Below, piece after piece: positions 32,339 through 45,888 of a DNA stretch of 64,000 nt. The notes below the pieces were generated by a model. The model did not search any database, was not told the origin of the DNA, and worked only from the letters and a program-made list of their open reading frames with translations. Origin of the DNA: Hormiphora californensis (taxonomy: Eukaryota; Animalia; Ctenophora); assembly GCA_020137815.1 (NCBI GenBank), contig CM035362.1, forward strand, positions 992,001 to 1,056,000, read 5' to 3'. Positions within the stretch are counted from its first letter, which is position 1. Every line of letters starts with the position of its first letter. The position numbers and the translations under genes are program-made.

Positions 32339-33378
32339 AGCTCTACACACCACCATGACTCTGATGACACCACGATGAGTGATGACATCACAACCCGGGG
32401 CAGAGACTCCCTCTCATTAGGGGAGATCTCCCCACCACAATGGGGGGAGTCACACACAAACACTGTGTGGGACTCCTCGTGCCAAACCCCTCTCTTCTTC
32501 TTCCTCTCTTTTTGGGGGGAGAAGAAGAGAGGGAGTTACCCATTGCCGCGGACCTGTAGGCGATGGTCCTGTGAGCGCGGTCAGTCTCACACAAATTTGG
32601 AAATTTTGGGCGTAACATTCGCAATTTATCTTTCCAATTCCATTTCCAACTCCCTCAATTTTTAGAAAAGTACGACAAGATATTTTGGTGCAAAAAAGCA
32701 CTGGGCACAAGCGTATTAAACACAATATCATATTGCACCATACCCAGGGAGACACACACACACACACGTACCGACAGACAGATAAATGTCTAGTAGGGAG
32801 ATGTACACAGATACAGACAGACGCTACCCGTGAGAAGATTTACACACAAATGGATAAACACACTGCTACCCGAGCATAATTTGCACTTATTCCAATTGGG
32901 GGTTACATAAAAATTCAACTTATGTTTCTCTCGCTCTATCTCTCTCTCTTTTTTCTCTGTATCTCTCTTACTCCAGTTTCTCCCTCATGTAATAACAAAA
33001 ATCACTTCGCATTTCAACACAGCCCTATTGTATAAATCCAAAAAAATCCGCCTCTTCAAATCTCAATTTCCCCATTGGGGAGTCACACAAAAAGATGGGC
33101 ATGTATTCATCTCTCTTCTCTCTCTCTCTCTCTCTTCTCTTCTCTCACTCCAGTTTCCCAGTTTCTAAATCTAACTCAGCAACCGAAGATGGAAAAAAAA
33201 GAAAAAAAACACATGAAGTAAAAACTTGACAAGTTAAAAACGTAGATACGACCCTTCTCTTACTTTCTCTCCCTATCATGTTCCCTTGCTCCAATGAATG
33301 ATACATCACTACAAGGGTAACATGTTTCTAACACACGCTTCTCAAAAAAAACAACACCTTATTTTCTACGTTTATAAT

Positions 33379-36300
33379 TCATGTCGATGGCGATTTAAGG
33401 CGCTTTAATTCCTCTCTTAACAGTACATTTTCCATTTTTAATTCAAGAAATGCTTTTTTAAGATCCTCGAATTTAGAACCTAATGTGGACGAGTGTTCAT
33501 AAAGGTCCTCGTACTGCCTTCGACATGATTTCATCATTTCATGGAACTGAGATTCCTGAAACGATAGATATGCGTTAGTTGGATAAATCTCCGAGCTGTA
33601 TGCTGAGAGAGATGCAATTGATCATGTCAGTGTCATCTTGAGCCCCCTCGAAATTGATATCAGGGCGGGCGTTATTATTGACGCGAACTCGGTGCGCTGA
33701 AAATGGCGCGCATTCACAAATGCTGCTACTTCGTGCTTTTTACAAGAGAACGGTACGCGCGCTCCTAATATGGTCAAAGGTCACACAAGCGCGTAATGGT
33801 ATAGCCACTACACATACACACACAGAACATACAGGCACGCCCACTTACTACAGAGTCGAAATGGGCTGAGTTCCGCCTGAAATCAGAGGAGAGAGATTGA
33901 GGTTAGTAGAGGGAAAGAAACAAACAATTATCTTACTTTCTGTATTTATCAATTATCTCCCTTTCTCTCCAATCTATATTAACATGTATCTCTCACAACT
34001 TACTTTGGGACGTTGCTAACAAAAAGTGATGGATCTTCTCCGGATCCAGAGTCCAAGGAATGTAACGTTGATCGAATGTTCTCACCTATAAGAATAATGT
34101 TATTGGTCTGGGGATATAAAAGGGAGAGAGAAGAGAGAGATAAGCAAGAGAGACAACATAAACACATTATTCGACTCCCCATATTCATTGTTTTTTTGTG
34201 AAAGGTGGGACCCAGGAATTTCTGTCCATATGACAGTCAATGTTTTCTGTGTTGTGGTGTGTGTGCTCTAGGTTATAGCGTTACCAAACTACTGCGCACG
34301 ACAGAAACGTGTTGCTAACCTGTCCATGAAGTCTGTGGTCTGTAGAAAGAAGTAGCGTAAAGATTCACGCTAAAAAATTCCACCAAAAGCAAACAAAAAT
34401 TTCATCTGATATTCTAACTGTTTGGGGTCCGTATCGGGCACTCTCACGCAGCTTAGTCCCCTCCTTCCGCTTCTGAGTCTGGAACAAACAGGTAACGTTT
34501 TGCATTTGAGAGGATTGAGTTTGGTTTAGTCTGGATTCAAGGTAACGTTTTGCCTTTGAGAGTGTCTTGAGTTAGTTTGGTTGGAACAAGGTAAGTTTTG
34601 CCTTGAGAATTTCTTGGAGTTTTGGGTCTGGAATCCCGTGTACGTGTTTTGAATAGTAAATGTACATTAACAATATAAAAACAATATACAACAATCTGTG
34701 GAACAGGACAATACGGACAGGTTGAACTTACACAATTTTGAGGGATGATTGGTACCGTGTGATGTTGTTGAATGAGGATGAGAGGGTATATGCATTTCCA
34801 GTGGATTCGGAGGATGAGATAAAACAAAAAACGATTTGTTGAAACACAGATAAGGGGGTTAGGATGAATGTAGCACCAATATACTGTAAAATGTTCTAGA
34901 ATACTTGCGGGGAATGGGAAGATAAGAACATTTGTTAGTTGTATAAGCGAATAAGCATAAGGACTTAGTGCACAAAAACACACGGATTGTCTCTGTAGTG
35001 GTGGTTGGTATAGCAATGTCCGCTAGATTGGCAGAGGTGGGTGGGGGGAGGGCGGGGGGGGTGGGCGGCGGTGGTGGGCGCGTGGGTGGGTAAATTGGCA
35101 ATAGAATGTAGCGCATTGAGTGTATGTAGACTTAGGCACCGACGAGAGCAGAGCAGAGCCGCCGAGGAGACAGTTTCAGTGGTTAACTGGAAGTTCATTG
35201 TGCTGAAGGAAATGGGTATATTGAGACGGATTTTAAGTTGCATTTTGTGAGAGGAAGAGCCCTATTGGTTTGTCTGAGACACTAGCAAAAGTGATGAAAC
35301 GAACGAAACGTAACGAACGAGAGTAATGAATTAGAATTCTGCTTCTGTGACTTGTTAGTGTCCTTTATCAAACACGTAATGGCAAAAGTACAAGTTTCCC
35401 AAATTGATAATAAATGGCGAATTCAAAGTTTTGGTCGAATTGGCACCAGAATGTAGCGTAATTTAGTAGTTATGAGACTAGGCCAGGCCCGAGAGACAGT
35501 TCAGTGGTAACTGGAAAGTTTCAGTTGTGCTAGAAATGGGTATTTGAGACGGTTATTAAGTTGCATTTAGTGTAGAGGGAAGAAGCCCTTTGGTGTCTGA
35601 GGACAAGCAAAAGTAGTGAAACGCAACTGCAAAGAACGAACGAGAATGAATAGAATGGCTGCTCTGTGACTTGTTAGTTGCTCCTTTATCAAAACACGTA
35701 ATGGCAAAGTAAAAGTTTCCCAATGAAATTAATTATTAAATGCGAAAATTCCAAGTTTTGGGTCGATATGACAAGAAGATAGCTTTTAATTTAGTGATGA
35801 ACTAGGCCAGGCCCGAGAGACAGTTCAGTGGTAACTGAAGTTCATGTGTGCTAGAAATGGGTATTTGAGACGGATTTAAGTTGCATTTTAGTTGAGAGGA
35901 AGAGCCCTTATTGGTCTGGTCTAGACAAGCAAAAGTGAAACGAACTGCAACGTAATACGAACGAGTAATAATGAATGGAATTCTGCTCATGGATTGTTAG
36001 TGCTCCTTTAAAAAACACGTAATGGCAAAGTACAAAGTTTCCCAAATTGAATTAAATGCGAAATTCCAAAGTTTTGGCGATATTGGCCAAGAAGTAGCTG
36101 TAATTTTAGTGATGAGAAAGGGCCCGGCCGGAGAGACAGTACAGTGGTAAGGAAGTTAATGTGATGCTAGGAATAATGGGTATTTGAGACGGATTTAAGT
36201 TGCATTTTAGTGAGAGGAAGAGCCCTTATTGGTGTCTGAGACAAGCAAAAGTGAAACGAACTGCAACGTAACGAACGAGTAATCCAATGTTTTCTGTTTA

Positions 36301-38269
36301 CCAACCTGTACTTTCTATCGACGAGGCAGAAGTCCCAGATTTTAGTTCCGCGTCTTTGTGGTTCATTTCCGCCATATACATTTCCTTTACCTGCAAAAGG
36401 TTAGAGTTAGAAAGAGAGTGTGAATCTCTCTTAGCAGAACCCTCACTTGTATTGATACATGCCAAATCACGGCGTGCCCGAGAGCATGATTGCCTCTGAT
36501 TTTAGGAGTCATTTTAGATGCTTTTTAACGAAATACCCACAAAGAATACCAAATATGGGCAAAAGTAACCAAAAGTATAATTAAAAATTAATTACCTTCC
36601 ACCGACCCGCTTTATATGTCCTCGGATTTGGTGTTTGACTCTTGATAACGCGAAATCTCGAGACTGAGTAATCTGTGGGGAAAACTGTAGTAACTGAATA
36701 AAGGGCCTGTCCCAGGAATGTTACCCGAAATTGAATTTCGGAAAATCTGCAGATCTGGTTGGACACGATGCCCCCTCTCAGCCCTCCCTAGTTTTCTATA
36801 ATAGTGCACCTACACCCCCCCTCCTCTCAGCCCTCCCTAGTTTTCTATAATAGTGCACCTACACCCTCCTCCTCAGCCCCCCCTAGTTTTCTATAGTAGT
36901 GCACCTACACCCCCCTCTCAGCCCTCCCTAGTTTTCTATAATAGTGCACCTACACCCTCCCCCCCTCCTCAGCCCTCCCTAGTTTTCTATAATAGTGCAC
37001 CTACACCCCCCCCCTCCTCAGCCCTCCCTAGTTTTCTATAATAGTGCACCTACACCCCCCCCTCCTCAGCCCTCCCTAGTTTTCTATAATAGTGCACCTA
37101 CACCCCCCCCTCCTCAGCCCTCCCTAGTTTTCTATAATAGTGCACCTACACCCCCCCCCTCCTCAGCCCTCCCTAGTTTTCTATAATAGTGCACCTACAC
37201 CCCCCCCTCCTCAGCCCTCCCTAGTTTTCTATAGTAGTGCACCTACACCCCCCTCCTCAGCCCCCCCTAGTTTTCTATAGTAGTGCACCTACACCCCCTC
37301 TCTCTGCCCTCCCTAGTTTTCTATAGTAGTGCACCTACACCCCCTCTCTCTGCCCTCCCTAGTTTTCTATAGTAGTGCACCTACACCCCCCTCAGTCCCA
37401 TATATTCTATAGTAGTGCGCCTACAGAAAAAGAAAGGATACACCGTGACCAAAAGAGGTATAAAAACCCCATAAAACTAACATGTTTAAAAAGAGAGAGA
37501 AATAGAAAATGAAGTTTGTAACTTCTCATTCTCTACATCCAAAGTTTTGCCTCGTGATAAATTACAAGCTCCCAAGAAGCAATTCCAAAACTCGACTTTC
37601 TAAGCGTCTAATTTATCTCTGTCTCTCTATCTCATTTTCTCTCTGACACACATAAACACATGACACAAACGCGTCTTACACACATAAATGTCACGCGGTT
37701 TTTCTGGGCAGCCAGAAGCAGTGATTTATGCATGCCGTCGAATAGCGTGTAAAATGTATGAACGCTTCTATATGAGAGAAGGGAGAGAGAGAGAGAGAGA
37801 GAGAAAAAGAGAAAAAGAGAGGGAGAGAGAGACTAGAGTAGAGAGAACAAAAATACATACAAGCTGAGTAAAATGAGCTGAATATATTCAAAAATGACAA
37901 TTAATTGAAACACCTACCATCCTTTCCTTCAGCGATGTTAATTTTATCATCATCATCGTCATCATTTTTCACAGGGTCAATTATACTCGTGATCCTAAAG
38001 GCACTCTTCTTCTTCTTAACTAGTTCTAACCTGGGGGTAGGGCAGGGAGAGCTAGAACGGGTTAGAAACTACTATTACTATCTAAATTTCTAGAAACTAC
38101 GTTACTTTTGACCCCCGAGCCCCGATACTGACACTAAAGTCAAAAGTGTCAGATCCACTCTAATCCCTGATATGAGTTGACCTGCTAAATGCTAATACCC
38201 ATGAGCGTGGTACCCTCTGATTTCCTACACAAACACTCACTTTGGATCGAGGTTGTCCTGAGCAGCCAT
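33379..38269 (-). CDS. Divergent TSC22D/bunched-like leucine-zipper protein (~180 aa); exons 38241-38269, 37918-38030, 36302-36390, 34448-34478, 34004-34085, 33849-33876, 33379-33555
   Basis: Seven GT-AG exons splice in frame. KKKKSAFRITSI resembles TSC22D motif 1 (KKKSGFQITSV), NEPQRRG resembles motif 2 loosely, and there is a C-terminal zipper LKKAFLELKMENVLLREEL. Confidence 0.65.
35160..36282. repeat. ~320-bp tandem repeat, about 3.5 copies, indel-rich
   Basis: GAGAGACAGTTCAGTGGTAA... recurs at ~35165, 35491, 35814 and 36131. Confidence 0.9.
36772..37425. repeat. ~40-46-bp minisatellite (CAGCCCTCCCTAGTTTTCTATAATAGTGCACCTACACCCCC..), about 15 copies, intronic
   Basis: Direct reading; the C-run length varies between units. 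Confidence 0.95.
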
Positions 38270-40397
38270 GATGATGAAGGGGCCGTGGGGATGTGGTATT
38301 AGGAGGAGGGAGCTGTATTCTTCTTCAGGTGCTACCCATGATGTGAAGATCACACCAGAGAGGGAGAATGATGGAGAAAAAGGGAGGGAAAACTTTCACA
38401 CCATCGCTAGATATAGGTATGGTTAGAGAGGGAGATTAGGGGACAGAGAGGGGAGGGATTAGGGGACAGAGAGGGGAGGGATGAGAGTTGAGACATGAGG
38501 GGATAGGGATAAACACATAAAAGAGTAAAGACATCCCAGCCACATTATATAGGTTTACTCCTTTCTGGACGTGACTCAGACCCCTATTTTAATCAGTTCA
38601 TGTCAGGAGTCATGATCCCCTTCTCTGCAGTTCAACTCTGGACCCATCCTTCTCTGCAGTTCAACTCTGGACCCCCTTCTTCTGCAGTTATGTATGTCTG
38701 TCAACATGATGTACACATACTGTCACTTAGCAACTGTCACAACTACCTGTCACTATAACTTCTGTCTCCATATATATAATATTCTCTCTCCCTTCCTGTC
38801 TCCATATAATATAATATTCTCTCTCCCTTTCTCTCCCTTCATTTCTCTCCCCAATCCCAATTATTGTGTCTTCCGATCTCTCTTTCTGTCTTCCTCTGAT
38901 CTCTATCCTTCAGTCCCTGTCTCTTACTCCCTCCATTCTTTCTCATTCTCTCTCTATCTCTCTCTGTCTCATTCTATCTCTCTGTCTCTCTATCTCTCTG
39001 GCTCTCTCTCTGTGTCTCTCTCCCTGTCTCTCTATATCTCATTTTATAATATTATATGTGGTTGACAAGCTGACATTAACAAGATTGCCTAACTGCTCTC
39101 TCTCTCTACCTAACTTGTCTCTTTCTTTTCAATCTCTTTCTCTCTTTGCACACATACACTCAATTCACTCAACCTATTTCTTTCTAACTATATTCATTCC
39201 AGATAAACTGACTCTCTTCTCGGTCACATTTTTATCACTCATCCAGATATTCACTCCTCCTAACATTGGTTATCAGTGCTAGAGATTACGACACACTAAA
39301 CGAGAAAACAGACGTCATCGTGGAGAGAGAGAAAACCAGGGAGAATAAAAGACATATATATATGACCGGAAAAAACAGGGTAAGTTATGGGGGAATAAAA
39401 CACGATTATTTCTTTGAATTCTGATAAAACGAGCAATTAACACAAATATTTCAAACACACGCTGTACCGGGTGGCCCAAAAATTGTTATCTTCACTCTAC
39501 AGAAAGCATAAATATTCATCTCGAAACTGAGTTTTGTCCAATATTATCTGTCCCCCAAATTGGGGGGGGGGGGATGGGTGGGTGCTCGAAAAGTGTTTTG
39601 TTACCAAATACAATACCTCACACACACACACACACACACACGACCAAAGGAGTTGATCTGGCAGTGTTTCAAAAACCCTCTCTACACTACAAATATACAG
39701 ATACAATCTTGTAGATACAATCTTGTAGATACAATCTTGTAGGGACAGATATTAAAGTGTGTGTATACGATACTTTTGTCTGGGGAGTCTTGCAGTAGAA
39801 GTCAATCTAAAATAAGTTACTACTGAAGAATTAGTAAAATTATAATAAAATCACAATAACGATTTAAGAAATCGATTTTGTTTTATCTCTCTCTCTCTCT
39901 GATATATCGTAGTACTCATCAAAATAATGTCTCGTTTTCGTTTCAAGTCGGATAATAATTTAGTACTCAGCGGTGTTACCACCTAAAATATTATTCCAGT
40001 AGAAAGTAAAAGAAAATTTGCTTGAAAAGGGTGACTACAGAAATATAGCAATTTTAGTTTAAATTTTGTCCAAAAATATATATAACCTTCAATAACACAT
40101 GTTGCGGAACACTTTCAACACAAATAAGCAGAAACAAAACAATCCAAAACACTATTCCTAACATTGTCCTTTCTCTGTCTTCCTTTCTATCTCTCTCTGT
40201 CTTCCTTTCTGTCTCTCTACTCTATCTCTCTCTTTTTCTCTTTCTATCTCTCTATCTCTCACAAAGAGTATACAGTATACACTACAGACATACACCTTCT
40301 CAAAGAGACTGACACGCATCCGGCAACATCCGGGTGTTATACCCCGAAATTAGTTACACGCGTGACAGTTACATCTTGTCATCTCTCTATCTCTCTA

Positions 40398-40441
<44 letters not shown>

Positions 40442-40656
40442 ACTCTCTCTCCATCTCTCTCACTCTATCTCTCTCTATCTCTCTTTCTCTCAAACATGGC
40501 ACACTTAGACATCTCTCAACATCTTTCCTTGAGACCACTCGGCACTCTCTGCTCATAACTCCTTATCAACCAGCACCATTTATCGGCAGTAACATATGCA
40601 ACAAAAATAAACACGGGGGGTGTATAACAACAACTTTAAAACGTCCTGTCTCTGTG

Positions 40657-41868
40657 TCAGGTCCACTTGGTCACATTTAAAATGTTATTGTCACAAACAG
40701 TCCCGTTCAGTACATCCACCAAGTGCTTCTCTTCCAACAATGCCACACCATGGTAGTGCACGAACACTGCCACTAGCACGAATATGTGGAACAACTGATG
40801 ACTCTGTCCCCACACATCGAACTTCCCAGGGAACCATCTTTCTGGTATTTGCAGCATGTAGAGAAGGGTACCAGTAACGTAGAGACAGCCCATCAATACC
40901 ATCCAACCAAGAGATGCCCTGTCAAGAGCTCTATCCCATCCATACTGGAAACCATAGTGGAATCCTGGGATAATAGCTGACAGGCCCATGGAGAGGAAGA
41001 CAGCAGCACGAAATGTCCGATATTTGGGTTTATCAAACTTCTCCCAAAGAGACACAATGATACCAATGATACCGATAAAACACACCGTACTTGTGTAAAC
41101 GGTGTAGATGACAGGGCTACAGAAGTAAGCGTAGTAAAGCCAGGGGATGTAACTACCCACCATTAGTAGAGAAATACCGGAGTAATCGAGTCGTGAAAAC
41201 AACTTGAACATCTCAGGAGAGTGGTTGATGACGGTGTGAAACAGACAGCTGAATCCCATGCAGATAGTAGCTGCCATGAAAAACATCATGTAAACTAGTT
41301 GCTCGCTCCATGGCCGGGCGTGGAGACGTGAGGCATAACAGTAGATAGAAAATCCGAGAGTCAGGACGCTACCAATCAAGTGGGTCCAGATATTGCCAGT
41401 TTCTGTGTGGATGCGAAATGCACTGAAAATGCAACCCGTGAAGCTGTAGATAGGCAGGCGGTGTCGTGATATCAGGAACTTATTGTCCTTTAACCATTCC
41501 GGCAGGTGAGTGTACGTAACAAGATTCTTGGACCATCTCCATTGAACCGTTGAGAATTTACAGATTTTACCCCACGTTGACCCAGGTAATTCCTGCATCC
41601 ACTCAGACCATGTCTGGTCAATGGCAATCTCCGATGTGTACGCACTGGAGTGAGCTTCTGATTTTCCTACCTCCTCACTTAGCAACTTCCGAGCCTGGGT
41701 ACGGAGTGATTTTATGCTATCAGTGTCCTCGTTGTCAGATGCAAGTGAAATTTCATGGAGTTCGATTGAGCAGGTGGGGTTGGTAGAAGATGATGGAGGG
41801 GCAAGGGAGCTGCTTGGGCCCGCCTCCACCCCTTCCATCTCAATCTGAATTTCCTCTGTGCCGCTCAT
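40657..41868 (-). CDS. ADIPOR: Adiponectin receptor-like PAQR protein, 403 aa, single coding exon
   Basis: LPEWLKDN, FRIHTETGNIWTHLIG, FSRLDYSGI, GSYIPWLYY, IPERWFPGKFDVWGQSHQLFH (Zn-binding His residues intact). Confidence 0.96.
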   Translation of the reverse strand: MSGTEEIQIEMEGVEAGPSSSLAPPSSSTNPTCSIELHEISLASDNEDTDSIKSLRTQARKLLSEEVGKSEAHSSAYTSEIAIDQTWSEWMQELPGSTWGKICKFSTVQWRWSKNLVTYTHLPEWLKDNKFLISRHRLPIYSFTGCIFSAFRIHTETGNIWTHLIGSVLTLGFSIYCYASRLHARPWSEQLVYMMFFMAATICMGFSCLFHTVINHSPEMFKLFSRLDYSGISLLMVGSYIPWLYYAYFCSPVIYTVYTSTVCFIGIIGIIVSLWEKFDKPKYRTFRAAVFLSMGLSAIIPGFHYGFQYGWDRALDRASLGWMVLMGCLYVTGTLLYMLQIPERWFPGKFDVWGQSHQLFHIFVLVAVFVHYHGVALLEEKHLVDVLNGTVCDNNILNVTKWT

Positions 41869-42137
41869 GGGTGTAATATCATGGTGAGAGCAGAGGACAT
41901 CACCACACCTAAAATCTGGATTTAGTTAGGCACGTTTATATTATACCAATAGAGAAAACAGCCACGAAACAGGGTGCGAAAAACAAAAAAGTTCAAATTT
42001 CTCGGTGGGGAAAAAATCACGTCGCGTTTTTTTCAAAATTTTTCGTTCATGAATTTCACCGCGCGCGTCTCTATCGAAGTAATTATATGCGCGGCGCGTT
42101 ATGCAGTGTATTTTCAAATTTTTCGCTCGCGCTCTTG

Positions 42138-42577
<440 letters not shown>

Positions 42578-42943
42578 TGTGTCAACTAAAATTCAAAACT
42601 CAATGTTAATCCAAAATGTGAATATATTGTGTGATTGAAATCTTCTGGAAAAATAAACTCTATAACTTTCACACATGTTCATTAATCATTGTTGGTTTTC
42701 CTGAACCTTGTGAATATTTAGTGGCCCCGACCCCGTTTGCGTTTCTGACAATGCGTTCAGATTCGATCAGATCGTTTCAGCTAGACAGCTTGGCCAGGGC
42801 ATGGCAAGATAACCAAGACTCATCCCAAGTTCAGTCTCTGAGTAAACATCACGACCATTCCTTGATCTACCTCAGTACCCACTGTGAATATATAAACTTT
42901 AAACTCATCTTATTGACAAATGCAAACTTATGTGTCTCTCAGT

Positions 42944-43876
42944 CTATGGGACACTAATAACAGATGCAAGTGGGTCGCAGTTAATTTCACAAATTGGTGA
43001 CAGCACTACACTAGGACTGTACATTTTGTATTTTGTCACGATTCGTTGCTTAGGGGAGACGACCCTCACAAAAAGTGTCGGATCCTGCTCAACAGTTTCC
43101 TCTCTCAAGTCCACAATTCTCATTCTCTGATCCTTAATTGTGGTTGTACCGTTGTCTTGTGTTACTGAGATATTTCTGAATTCCTCAGTTTTTGTTGTTG
43201 CTGTGTCTGTTGTCTGCTGTATTGAACTGGCGGGGTCAGGTACCGTAGCGGTCTCAAGTTGATCCGTTGTTTGTTCCTGATCTTGCTCTGTTTGACTATC
43301 TAATTGTAATGATTCATCCAGGGCAGATAGATCCTCAGACAACTCCTTCATAATGTCATTCAACTGCTCCTCCGCAACTTCAATGTCCTGTTCTGACGCT
43401 GTGACATCATCGCCTGGGTTGGTGATGTTGTTGAGGAGAGATGAGAGCTCCCTTCCGTCAGTCAGATCTAGGAGTTCACGCATCGCATCAACCGCCTGGT
43501 GGTCTTCCTTATTCTGTGACGTTGTGGCGATGTTATTCACCTTCAAAGTTTCCTCTTTTTCACGATTCAGTCTATATTCTCTCTCCCTCCTCTCCTCTTC
43601 CTTTCTCTCCAATCTCTCCACCTCTCGTTGTAACTCAGCCACCCTCTTCATAAAGACTGGTTTCACATTCAGAACAGCATTGTACTTCTCACACAGCCCT
43701 GTCAGAAAGGCAACATTGTCCTCTGTCAGAATGAGGCTCTCTGGGGCCTTGAAGAAGGCGATTGTATCGGAAAGGAGGGGTTCAGGGCAGTCAAGTTTAA
43801 TGTCTTTAGCCTTTCGGGCAGAGGTTTTAACCTTCAACTTGTGAGAACCATTGATGATGACCTTGATAGTCGGCAT
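42944..43876 (-). CDS. Uncharacterised ~310-aa protein: BTB-like N-terminal segment, coiled coil, acidic/Thr-rich region
   Basis: Long open ORF; ATG at 43876 directly after a TTTTAG acceptor. LILTEDNVAFLTGLCEKY resembles the C-terminal helices of BTB/POZ domains. E/R-rich coiled coil follows. Confidence 0.7.
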   Translation of the reverse strand: MPTIKVIINGSHKLKVKTSARKAKDIKLDCPEPLLSDTIAFFKAPESLILTEDNVAFLTGLCEKYNAVLNVKPVFMKRVAELQREVERLERKEEERREREYRLNREKEETLKVNNIATTSQNKEDHQAVDAMRELLDLTDGRELSSLLNNITNPGDDVTASEQDIEVAEEQLNDIMKELSEDLSALDESLQLDSQTEQDQEQTTDQLETATVPDPASSIQQTTDTATTKTEEFRNISVTQDNGTTTIKDQRMRIVDLREETVEQDPTLFVRVVSPKQRIVTKYKMYSPSVVLSPICEINCDPLASVISVP

Positions 43877-44460
43877 CTCCCTAAAATAAAAGAATTGGGA
43901 CACGTTAGATTTCACTGAGGGAAATGAAAATAAAAATGGGTTCAGGATTCAAAAACAAAAACAATATGATACATTTGCTTGGTGAACTAAAGAGGCATTT
44001 CTACCGTTCTATGACAGGCGGCGAGTTGAAAGCAAAATGTACAGGGGGATCATGGGAATATTGCTTTTAGGTTGAATGTAAACTCAATGATCTCTGAGAT
44101 CTGAATCCAATGAGGAGATCTAATCACTAGATATAACAAACAATCGAGTTTTGAAACACAAACTATAGCGATATGACAGCCGACAAAGCTGTGTGAGAAC
44201 GAAATCAGCTCAAAGCACAATTTTATGACGTATATAGAACTCTAAGACTCCTTGAATATGTGCATGTTTGACTCTAGGATCGACTAGGAGTAGGATTAGC
44301 TGGATTGATGGTAGGTAAACGGACAGTGCAGCTCAGCATATCCCAGTGTGTATAGACAAGCCAGAGAGAGAGAGGGTAGGTCTATCACTGGGTAAACAAA
44401 CATGGGGGAAGGAAACACCGATATAGTTCTAACCTCTCTTACTCTCTTTCATTCTTACTC

Positions 44461-44496
44461 TCTTTCTTTCTTTCTCTTTCTCTCTCTCTCTCTCTA

Positions 44497-44575
<79 letters not shown>
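44461..44575. repeat. (CT)n microsatellite
   Basis: Direct reading. Confidence 0.9.
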
Positions 44576-44578
<3 letters not shown>

Positions 44579-45199
44579 CAGAAAATTTATGAATATGCGA
44601 ATAATTATAGTCATCGGATACGGCCTACGGGGCAACACGAGAAAATCATTCGGTGTTAAACTTTCTATATTTTTTTGGAACCGGATACCAATAAGACATC
44701 TAAATGATTTTTGGAGAACATTCCTGCACTAGGGAAAAACAACTAAAAACTTAAAACATTCTATCACAACTGTCCTAGAACCCTGAAATCAATATCCCAA
44801 GGTCAGCTGAAAACAATTCTACAGCACAAAATGAATGTACATTTGCACTGTAATAATGCCACTGGAAGTTTTGGAGCAAGGTCGAGCTAGAGATTCTCTA
44901 AGAGAAGGAAAGAGAGATCTTACTATCCATCTGTATATTATGTGACTATATGTGAGTGTATACTATGAGCAGATGGCAGCAGTGGGGGGATTAGATGTGC
45001 GACGTAGAGCTCAGACAGGTAATATGATCACACACAACCCCGAAGTGCTGCAGCACCGACACACAGACGGACATACTCCGACTATGGGGTATATTATTCA
45101 GACTCTCTTTCACGGCCTTTCACATTAATGGAATCATAGATGTCATTGTATTGCCCAACTTCATGAGTATGAAGCTTCATACTCTTTTTTACGCAAAGA

Positions 45200-45437
45200 T
45201 TAGAGCTGGTTAAAGCGCAACGAGGATGGTATTGTAGGTTCTTCAAGGCTCGATTCTGCAGTTTGCAACTCATGTATATATTTCGACAATCGACTGGTAG
45301 CATTGCTTTTGTTACCAGTTGTAGCCTTTGTGATAGAAGGGTTAATTTCCGGATGAATGCCTAGCAGGCTACTGCTGGAATTCAGAGATGATGATCGTGA
45401 CGAGATAGAAGGCATTGATCGATAGTGATCGAACAAT
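45200..45437 (-). CDS. Probable terminal coding exon of an unidentified minus-strand gene
   Basis: Pyrimidine tract and TAG acceptor at 45438, followed by a 78-codon Ser-rich open frame ending in TAA. Upstream exons were not found. Confidence 0.35.
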
Positions 45438-45888
45438 CTAGAGAGAAGAGAGGTACAGGTGTACTACAATTCGTCTGCACCACCTGTCTTGATTGTTTTT
45501 TTTTCTAGAATAATTAATGCATCGTGTTCATTTCCCTTAGGGACCAACTTACAAAAGTATCCGGATATGTTTATATTGTTTACCAAAGGGACTTTTCAGT
45601 TGGTTTTTAGTTTCCCGTCTTCTCATTCCATCATTAATATAGTAATTGTAACAGTGATTGGCAAACTAAACTTGTTTGATTTTTGTTTACCGATATGTAG
45701 CCTATTGGTCGTTTTTTAATTGAGTTTAGGTTTGGTTCCAGCTTGTATTTTTCACCACTAACTGCTTCTTTCTATGTGTACCTCCTCCCGAATTTATTCA
45801 TTTGTTGTCAACTGGGCTGCACTAGACTTTGCCATCAGGCACAATTCATGGAAGCTGAAGTTATAAAGACCGGATTCCTCGTTACCTA

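Noticed and set aside
35160-36282. Rapidly diverging functional repeat
   Set aside because: Differences between copies are mostly single-base indels typical of unpolished long reads, so the divergence cannot be interpreted.
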